From NCBI GenBank assembly GCA_905178155.1, contig CAJINV010000004.1, positions 9,386,715 to 9,450,714 of the forward strand: a DNA stretch of 64,000 bases. The letters run 5' to 3'. Below the pieces are notes generated by a model that saw only the letters and a program-made list of their open reading frames with translations, searched no databases and was not told where the DNA came from. Numbering within the stretch: the stretch's first letter is position 1; every line of letters starts with the position of its first letter. Of the stretch, positions 51,322-61,200 are shown piece by piece. Position numbers and translations under genes: made by a program. Source of the stretch: Amoebophrya sp. A120 (lineage: Eukaryota > Protista > Dinoflagellata).

Positions 51322-54300
51322 ATGCCAACAATTATTGCACGTGTTCCTCGATACCCAGGAACAACTTGTTCACCCAAGATGTGGCCCGTCGAACGGGTAC
51401 AACAACGAGGGCCACCAGGTCGTGTACGAACTGTATCTGCTCGTCTCTTGAACAACAGACAAAGGAGCAGGCAGCTCCTCCTCTTCGTACTATCAGCGAC
51501 ACCCAGTGCAGCCACTGCTTTTCTTTCCAGCAGCAGCTCATCCAATCCGCAGAACCAGAACAACACGTCCTCCGCCAACAGCGGCCCTAGAGACCACATC
51601 CTCCGACCCGGCACCACGGCGAGGACGGTGCTGAAGGAGATCACTTGCCCAGTGTTGCGCGCCGTCCCCTACACCAAGAACGACGTGAGCTACATCTACG
51701 GCCACAAATGTCCCTACACGTTTGCCGACACCCGGTCCCGCATCGTTTCCCGGCGCGCGTATCAACAGGCGTACAGGCGTATGCATTGATTGGAAAAGTC
51801 TCGCTCTCGTCGACGTCGCTCCTATTGGTTGTATGATGCATGACAATTTTATTTTCGAATTTCGTCAGACGAGAATCTGGAACGGAACTCAGCATGCGAA
51901 ATCGCGTCGCAAATAAACACATCTGCCATGCATGATTGAAAATTGTTAGTATAACGGGCACGATACTTTTGCGGAGCATACGACTTGGCGGTCCGAGTGT
52001 GAGAGGTGCTTCGTCGGGGGCTTCGTCGCTGTCTGCGGAACAAAAAAATGTGGAGGACCACGGGTACTATGAAGCTGCGTAAAGATGCAAAAGATAAAAG
52101 AGTCAAGTATTTTTTTTGTCGTGTGGGAGGAGGAGGACCACGTGGAACTTATTTCCCATGCCTGCGTTACTGTACTATCGCGAAAAAATCGATAACATCA
52201 TAACAGGCTCACTTCTGCCTGGCCGCTTCCTGAGGCTATTTCCTCTTCCCCCATCACTTCTACTGCTCGCCGAAACTCGCAGCGGTGCGGTACCGTCCCG
52301 GTCGGCTGGAAGCGACGCGTTTCGCCCATTTCTGTCCTGAACAAAGACGAAGTTCTGAACAATTGGATTAACTACAGCGCCGAGGCGCTGCAGGATAATT
52401 TTGACGAAAAAACCGAGAATTATCCCCCGGGACTTTGGGTGCCGCAGGACCAAAATAGGGATGGTTTCTTCATTCCTCCGCCGAGCGCAATTCACACGGA
52501 TTTGATCGAAAAATACAACAGCGCCCCGGTATTGCGCGATCCGAAGAAGTTTGTGGAATTGGTTTTGAAAAAGCCGCCGTACATGTGCAAGATAAAAACT
52601 GTGTTAGTCTAACAAGTCTGTTACTGTTTCTGTAAAAACGCGGAAGTAATAAATGCAACAGAGTTCGTACACTTGCAAATCATGCCAGCAGACCTCTTTA
52701 TTTTCTAATGTGTTTTATTTCGTCACGTACTAGCCATCCATGACAGGTTTTCTCTCTGATGCAGAGCAAACTTGTGATCATGCTGTCACCCCAAGAGTAA
52801 AGTTTAAGTTACACTAACACAGTAGTTTTGTAGTTGGATGGTACATCAACGAAATGCCGGGGTTCGTTGACGATTTGACAGGTGGGCAACATTCAACATC
52901 CGGCGCAGGAGGACAGGGAGGATCCACCTCTTCAGGAAGTGGTCTGCAACGGGGCAGCGCAGGAGGTGGATCAGGCTCTGCAGGAGGTGCAGGAGCAGGA
53001 GGGGTCGCCATTGGTGGTACTAGCGCCTCATCTCCTTCTGGATTGATGTCCGTGGGCCAGGTTTTATCCTCCGTTGGTGGTAGTTCGTCTGGGCAAGGAT
53101 CTTTATCGTCGAACAATGCAGGAGATGGTGCGGGGGAGGGAAGTGACAGTTCAGATTCTACTGCCTCATCCAGCTCGAGCGGCGAGGAAAATCAGGCAGC
53201 AAACGGATCGGGACATCCCTCCGGAACACCACAGAGTACTTCTCCCCCCGCCGCCCCCGCTGTTGATCTTTCCGAGGACGAGGATTTTCTCGGGACTACG
53301 GTGATAATTCCCCCGGGCCCGGGGATGCCGTCGTTTGCTCCCGCAGTCGGCGGCCCGATCCTCCCGGGGGCGCCAGCAGGAGGTGCGGCTGGTGCAGCGA
53401 ATGCGAATGACAATCCGAATGCTGGGAATAATGGTACTAACGACGGCGGTAATGGTTTCAATTTCAGAGGGTTTTTCAACCGACTTTTTCGCAACGGTGG
53501 GGGAAACGCTAACAACAATAATGGGCAACAACAAGAAGTCCCGGCGCCTGGTGCTGCAGCTGCAGCCGGGGCAGCTGGTGCGAATAATGGTGGTCAGTCC
53601 TCCGCTATGAACAATCCGACTCTACCCTCGGCAACAGCTTCCTCACCCGGAGCAGGCGCAAGTGGAACAAGTGACGGCCAGTCACCTAAAGCTCCCTCCC
53701 CCGCGACTCGGGGGGTGGGTTTAGCTGTAAACGCCGGTGTAAATGGAGACGATGATGCAACTGGGATGAACGGCGATCCAACGGACAACGAGAACCAAGA
53801 AGCCGCTGCCACCCCCGGTGCCGTGTTGCATCCCGGGGAGCTATTGAACCCGCTTGTGGACCCTTCGTCCACGGACGAAAACGGAGACAACGCCAACTAC
53901 AAGAATTTTCCGGGTGGGATTTCGGCCAAGGAGTACTGGGAGCTGGCGGAGAGGGGGCAGGGGTTCCGTGAGGGAAGACCCAGCTGGCTTTGCTCGATTT
54001 GTATATGATTTTAGACAGGAAAGTGTTTTCATTTTTTTCGAGCCGGAGTTGATGGCGGTGTGCAGTTTTTTGATGTACTTTTTGTTTTTGCCGGCCCGAG
54101 ACGGACAGGAAAAACGAAAATGTTGTTGCTGTCGTGCTGGAACTTTGTTCTTTGTGATCGCAGATGAACAATAAGACAACAAATACTACAGCCCTCGACA
54201 TCATGGAGGACCCGGTGAAACCGAAGGGCAGTCGGGTACTGGATTGCTTTGAGCGCGAGTATTTGCTCCAATCCTTAGCAAGTGACCCCCGACACCCGCT

Positions 54301-56996
54301 TTCCCGTGAGCCAGTGCATACACAAGAAGTCGAGCCTTGCACCGAATTGCTGGAGGAGAAAAGAGGTACAGTTATCATGACGTTGTGTAGTTCTTGGTTG
54401 GGATCGTGCATGATAAGAACTTACAGCTCAAAGTCTTCAAATAAGATGTGGTGTGCAGGTGCACTCAAATATCGATTTATTTTTATGATACATGTTCTAT
54501 CTACCTGCCTTGCTCATGACGCAGTTCCTACCTTGCTCGTGCGCATACGTACGTAGATCTCTTGACATCCGTCTTGAGGTTTAGGGTCGGAGCGCTCTCA
54601 GCACTGCTGAAGCTTTAGAACCAGATGGGAGTGCACACCCGGACGGATCAGAGCAAAGGCTTTTTGATAGCGCTTTTTTACAAATGGCTTCATAATTCGC
54701 TTACTCTGCTGCCCCCCTTTTTCCTTTCCCCCGGGCCCAACTGGCACCAAGCAGTTTTTCTTTTGCGTGTCCTCATCCGGACACATCGATCTCGGTCTAG
54801 GTTTAGGTTTAGGTATAGGACCATCATATGTCGTCCGCCGCGGCCGCTGTCCCGACCACCCACCGCTCCAGCGACGAAACATCTTCTTCCCGCCTACCGT
54901 CCCGGAACGCAGCGGCGATGGGTTTCAGGGTTTTAGGGATTTAGGGTTCTAGTCAAATTTTATGATACATGTTCTATCTAAAAATTTGTAAATGCCAGGC
55001 ATCGAGTCCGGCGAGGTTGTGGTGGACAACACGGGGAAGGAGCTGTACAACAAAATCAAGTTTGAGCGCTGGGAACTTCTGATGTACCACCACTTCCCGG
55101 AGACGCTGTGGAAGTGCGGCGGCGCACTCGTCCTTTGGTTGCTCGTGACCTACCTCGCGTGGCTTGGGGTGAAACGGACATTTTCCGTGAAAATCAAGAA
55201 GGACGAAGAATTGAGCCAGCAAGTGATCGAAAAATCTTTAGCGGACCCGAACAAACTGTTTCCATTGCCATCGTTTTATATCAACGTGAAGGGCAGCAGC
55301 TCCTGCGAAGGATCTTCTACTTCATGGGACGAACAGGGATCATTGAATGCGAAGATGATGAACCAGCGAAATGTAGCGCCGGAACAATTTGCCACAAGTA
55401 GAACGCGGCCAGCTGCTCTAGTTGACATCAATGCCGAAGGACCACAATTAGAGAACCATGTCGAGGACGACGAAAGCGAAACGTTGGCCGCCAGCAAACC
55501 GTTGCTTGACGCCAACAACAGAAAAAACGCTGTCGCGGCCCCAAAAGAGAACGACGACACCTGCAACACAGCGATCAACAGTAGTTCACCAGGGCCAAAA
55601 GATGCAGCATCTTCGTCAGAGGAGTACCAATTGGCGCTGCAGAATTGGCTCGAGAAGGAGCAGAAAGAGCTGGAGGACCACGAGAAGGATGTCGTGGAGC
55701 AGAACAATATCCTGTGCAAAAGTATCGTACTCGTATAAATGCAAGTCTTGCATTGCAAATCCTTTTCCTATTCCTAAGGTAAATCCGCATTGCAAATTTT
55801 ATTTCTCATGCTGAGGGAATTTGTGATGCATTTATACGAGTGCGATACTTTTGCAATTCATAAACTACTACCTGATGCCGTGCGACGGAGCCAGGGGCAT
55901 CCGGATATTGACGAGTGAAAATGGCTTTTCTGAAGAACAATTACAACCGAAGTTTAATATTTTGCCAATTCGAGAGAAGGAGCCTCAACCTGTGGTCGCG
56001 CATTTTGAGTCCTCTTCAACTTCTGCCATCTCGCAGCTCTCCATTCTCCGACCGAGGCTGCCGAACACGAAGCAGGCCGACCGAGGGCCTCATGTTTTTA
56101 AACCACGGAACAACTACCAACCAGCAGCAGGAGCTGGAGTAACACCTCAAGGGAACAACGGAAGTTCCTTTTTCGAGAACCCGACCCCCTTCGCAGGTCT
56201 AACTAATCCGGGGGCCACCTCGTCGTCTTCGGGAGGAGTAGAGGCGAACAGTGCGCTGGATATCCGCAACGCTATCCATTGCATCAAAAGTTTGATCGTA
56301 CGGGCGGCCGTATTGGTTGTCACAATATTGCATGACAGACCTCGATTCTCTTAGGCGGGAAAAAGCATTTTACAAATTCGAGTTCTACTCTGTGGCTTCT
56401 TGAAAAAAATTGTGATGCAAATTCTGCAGGAGCAGGCGCGGCATGCACGGCACATCAACTTTTGCAACGCATAAGCGCCGACCCAAACAGCACCATTCCG
56501 AACCGCGTATTCTACTGTATGGGGCTCTCAAACGTTACGGTTACATTCTCAACTGTTACATAAATTTGTCATGCAAAAATACCATCATCATCCTCACGAT
56601 CAAGCTGCTCCGCATGACAAATCTGCGAAGGGCTAGACCGCGCCTAAATCTGTGCGGAATTTGTAATGCTACAGTTGCAGCTTTCCCCTTTTCACTCTTC
56701 CCTTTCTTGCATTACAAACTCATGTGACAGTTGAGAATGTAACAATTGAGAACGCCATATACTGGAAGCAGCACCGCGAGCTGTGCACGTTCGGGAACCG
56801 CTTGGTCCTGCGGGTTTTGGTGTGGTTGCTGTTGATTGCGCTGCATTGCTTCATTGTCTGGAAAATTTTCAAAGTCTCCCAGCGAGTTGTGCAGTTTCAG
56901 CACGAGCTGAAGGAGCCTTTCGCGTGGCGGAAAATCACGCTGCGGGATCAGTTTCCCTGGGGCTACGACGTCTGGAAGGGCTACTCGTCTTTGTGA
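51322..56996 (+). CDS. Membrane-anchored U-box domain protein (putative E3 ubiquitin ligase)
   Basis: GT-AG intron 54001-54191 yields LCSISLDIMEDPV..CFEREYLLQSL..HPLSREPV (U-box pattern). Other GT-AG introns 52079-52206 and 54366-54998; five TIR introns; two TM segments; Gly/Ser/Asn-rich linker; start codon uncertain. Confidence 0.7.
51780..51980. mobile_element. Introner-like element, degenerate family B
   Basis: tatgcattgattggaaaagtctcg / cacgatacttttgcggagcata; TSD decayed, but the frame is consistent. Confidence 0.65.
52582..52840. mobile_element. Introner-like element, degenerate family D
   Basis: aaaactgtgttagtctaac / gttacactaacacagtagtttt; direct repeat GTACAT at 52579 and 52841; removing 262 nt restores the frame. 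Confidence 0.75.
54504..54957. mobile_element. 454-bp TSD-flanked insertion with telomere-like repeats, inside a GT-AG intron
   Basis: 23-bp direct repeat ttttatgatacatgttctatcta (54481-54503, 54958-54980); degenerate TTTAGG(G) tracts. Confidence 0.7.
55708..55862. mobile_element. Introner-like element, family B
   Basis: Family B TIRs; TSD AACAA/AACTA. Confidence 0.9.
56273..56473. mobile_element. Introner-like element, B-related
   Basis: tatccattgcatcaaaagtttgat / atcaacttttgcaacgcata; TSD AACGC/AGCGC. Confidence 0.8.
56518..56759. mobile_element. Introner-like element
   Basis: tatggggctctcaa..gttacattctcaactgttacat / atgtgacagttgagaatgtaacaattgagaacgccata; TSD TACTG. Confidence 0.88.
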
Positions 56997-58233
56997 GCTG
57001 GTGGGGTGTTAGAGGTCGTGCAGGCAGTTTGCGTCGATGGTGCACTTGTGTTGTAGTCGAGATGCTTGTCTTCACAAGGAAGATTAAGATTTTGTTTAAC
57101 ATACTTTTCTTGAGACAAGAATACAGTTAATGCCGACAGAAAATTTTGGATTTGGGCCTGGAACTATAAAGACGCAGTTTTCGCACGACCACGCCTTAGC
57201 TTTGATTATAGAATAAAACTATTCTTCGTTCAGCCTTTGAACTCATTTTCCGAGCCGCTTTGGAAGTTTTGCAAAATCAGGCCAAACGTCGAGGAAGACT
57301 TCACCCAACTCGTGGGATTGGTAGCGCAGACAAAAATCTTCTGGCACCTCCTTGACGCTTTCGCGTTCCGATGAAATGCCACAATTGACATTTTTTGTTC
57401 TGGCCTTGTGCAAAGTAGGCCGCAACATGAATACAACGCCATCGAATCCGCGGCCTGCTGAAGATATGCCACTGCGACAGGCACACCTGTTTCGGTGAAC
57501 TTGAGCATCAGGCGTGTGCTTGCAAGTGCACACGACATGATCTGAGAAAAAATACAGAGCTGCCGGCGCGGCAGCGTGTGACGGTGTAGTTCTTGTCGGC
57601 GTTCTTTATTTCGCAATCGCCATGTAGATGCGAAGTCTTCCGTGCGGGAAGTGACATCAAGTTCTTGATCTGCTCCTTTACACGTTGATGCGATCATGAT
57701 CATGAAGACCATGAATCGGTGAGTATAAATATGTTGTGCATAATAGGAGCTGGTCTACTTCTGATGTGATCTTTCTGCACATTCATAAGTACATATCAAC
57801 CAGCACGGCGCACTTCTTTGATAAAGCAAAAACACTCCCCACGTGGTGGTCTTTAGGACGTGTACTTCGCCGCATCTCAGTCATGGTCTTCATGCCCCAC
57901 TGCTGGAAACCCCGGGCCGATCATGTAGCATGACCTCATGAGCCAGCAGGAAGACACTCCAAGCAGGAGATATTAATACCTTCTTTGTTAATCGTATAGT
58001 ACGATGGGCAGACCGAGGACTTCTACTTCGATTCTGTGCATTGATTTGACATTTCCGGCACGCCACGACCTGGAGGAGAGGTGGAACAAAAACCCCCGGC
58101 GCGTTTGTAATCGTAAGAGGGCAAGTACATGATTGATCGTCAACATCACCGCCGCGAGATGTAGAAACATGGCAACACGTCGTCGTTCCACGATCGTCGC
58201 TTTCATCTTCGCCGTCAAATATAAAATGGGACG

Positions 58234-61200
58234 ATGATGATGATCTCCAGGTGGCTTCTCCTGGAGAACGAAGAAGCGCGCTTTTCTTCAGAAGGATCGA
58301 AGATGACGCGAGAATCACAATCTCGGCCATGTCCATCATCACGACGGTGGAAAATGAATAAAATGCCGCACAGCTGCTCGTGCACCGGCGTGGTCTACAA
58401 TTTCTTCATGCGGCTGTTTAGAAAGAATAAGCATCTGATTGGTCAGTTTGATGATCCTGATGACCGACTTGAACAGGGTCGTGGCGCCGCAGGTGGTCGA
58501 GGAAAGAACTTCTACTTTCACGACTTCTTGCGCTGTCAACATGATTTGTTCAACATCTACAAGCGACGACTTGCTCCTCCTTTGTTCTTCCCCGTCTTGA
58601 AGCTCCGACAACGTCGTCCACGAGAAGAACTTCTTCGCGGCGGTCGTCTTGCGTCACCCGCTCCCGTGGCCCCACGGCCCTTGCAGTTGTGTAAGAAGAC
58701 CTCTAGAAGAAGTTCTTGTGCTCCTGCCGCTTATCATGTACTGCCAGGACGAGGTGGTGGACGTCGACGGCCGCGTGCGCAGGAGGTTATCTTCTATGAT
58801 TACTACCGTCTGCTCCTTCTCCTCGTCGGGGCGTGCGCAGTTGCGTTTTTCACCTTCTACGTGCTCTATCAAATGTAAAAATGTCTGGGTCGGGAAGAAT
58901 TCATGTTTGTCATGCTTGTCTGGCATGACTGTTAAATCTGTCATGCACGTTACCCAAGAGCTCCGTTTTTCTGTGATGCAGAAACGCAGTTTGTCATGCA
59001 GAATAGGCAACACCTAGAAGCTCAGAAACTTGTCATGTTGAGCCAGCACTTGTGGCCTCATCATGAGACGCCACCCAGCATCACAAGTTTCCAGACCCAG
59101 ACATTTTTACATTTGATATGCTCGTCTCGGTTCTGATTTCTTGTTCCGTGGTCGTCGTCGCACCGGAGCAACAAGGCATTAGAATTGATGACCAGCACGA
59201 GCAGGACCACGCTGGTAGTTCCACGGTCATCATGCACACAACACCTCGTCCAGCACCAGCACCTCCGGACGGCCGCTCATATTACAGCTGCTTCAGCATC
59301 AGCCTCGGCCTTCACCTTGCAGCATTCGCTTTGGACACGACGTCCCGGTCCCGGCTTGTTCAAGAACAACTAGAAGCAACAGAAGGCACAGCACATCAGG
59401 GTCGTGAAGATGTTCAGGCGGAGGACGGGGAGGACGAGATATTAACGATGTTGAGTGCAACCCCGCATCCAGGGCAGGCGCAGAGCACTGCTCCTGGGCA
59501 CGATCTGCGCTTTGAGTCTTTTACACAAGAGGGACGAGATATCCCACGAAAAAACTGTTTCACTGTGATGATTTTGCAAGAAACGCATCACAAGTTTGTT
59601 TACACATGACACAGAAAATTTGCCATGCGCGTTTTTCCCATAGAGAAAAACACGGTTGGAACTCCAATGCTCTATGCAGGTGTAGCAAGGCAAATAGTTC
59701 TGTGTTCCATTTTCTGCATCACAGGTTAACAGCGAAACAGTTTTCTCTTGCGATACGAGAAGCACGAGTGGCCGTAGAGGACGTCGTCGAGGAAGAAGCG
59801 GTATGCATTGCAAAAGTATCGTACTCGTAGTATTAGTAATGGTAGGCATGCATTACAAATCCGATTCTTAAGGCAAATCCGCATAACAAATTCCGTCTGG
59901 CATGCTAAGCTAATTTGTAATGCAATTTGTACTAGTACGATAGGATACTTTTGCAATGCATAAGCGGACCAAAGCTACGACGGCGCGGCTGCCATGGCCA
60001 AATCCGATTCCAGACAAAATGGATATCAAATGTAAAAATGTCTGGGTCTGGAAGAGTCATGCGGGTTTTGCATGACACAGAGGGTCCGGCATGGAAGCTC
60101 TAGCATCACAGGTTTCGAGAAGCTTCCGCAATGCCGAATCCGCATGACAAATGCCCCACTTTGGTGACAAAAAGTGGGCAGCTTTTGCTGCCTATGCATG
60201 AGAGACTTTTATGTGTTATGAAATGCGCATCACAAGTTGCATTATTCCAGACCCAGACATATTTGCAATGCATAATGGAGCAGGAGGAACTTCTACTACA
60301 CCTAGTAATTATGATGTTGCGCCACCTCCTAGCACATTTTTTTCTTCTTCACCGACCCGGGGTGATGATGAAGAAGAAGAACAAGAAGAACGCGACACTG
60401 CTGGTTCGGCACAAGTAGAACATTTTGTTCCCGAGGATGCGGCTGCCAGTGAGACTCTCCGGGCAACGGTTCACAAGAGTAAAGGGGGCGACTATTTCGA
60501 GAAAGATATCGTCGATGATTACCTGGTACCAAATGCAAGAAATATGTCTGGGTCTAGAAGATTGATGCCAGGTTTGTCATGTATCTAATTCGTAGCTCCT
60601 AGACCTTGCCTGGCCCGCGATTGACTCCAGGGCAGCCGGATGGCTGTGACCTGGCTAGAAAGGGCTTCGTCGATCGATTGCGCCAGTGAGGCCTTGTGTT
60701 CCGGCTCGATGGAGGGCGGGACCTGCGCCGGCCACAGGCGCTACCCAACCAACCAACCAACCAGACACGAGCTGCAATCTTCCAGATCCAGACATATTTG
60801 CAATCCATACCTTGTGAAGGGGGAAGAACCCACTTGGGCCGACGCAGCGCATCTGTTGACGATATTGCATTAAAAAGTGCCCCCGCCACCCCCAAAGTTG
60901 CAATAACTTGTGATGCGAAGTTTCCAAATGAAAAGTTTTTGTCATGCATGAAAGGAGTTAGTTGTAGGAATCTTTCTGTTTCTGATGCAGAGTCTAGCTC
61001 TAGGCGTGCACGGCATCGCTTGCATGACAAGCGCCGCGCTTGCTGAAGCTGAGATCTTTTGCAATAGTACAAACTTTTGCTATTCACGATTATATAATGA
61101 TCTGTGACGCTGATAGATGCAAGAGGGCGAGCGTTTCATTTTGCATGGCTTACAATACAAATGCTCCCAAGTTCTGGGGTCCTCGTGGGGGCATTTTTCA

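Noticed and set aside
57701-57894. 14-bp perfect inverted repeat catgaagaccatga / tcatggtcttcatg
   Set aside because: No TSD and no TAT/ATA ends. Removal does not join the flanking minus-strand ORFs in frame.
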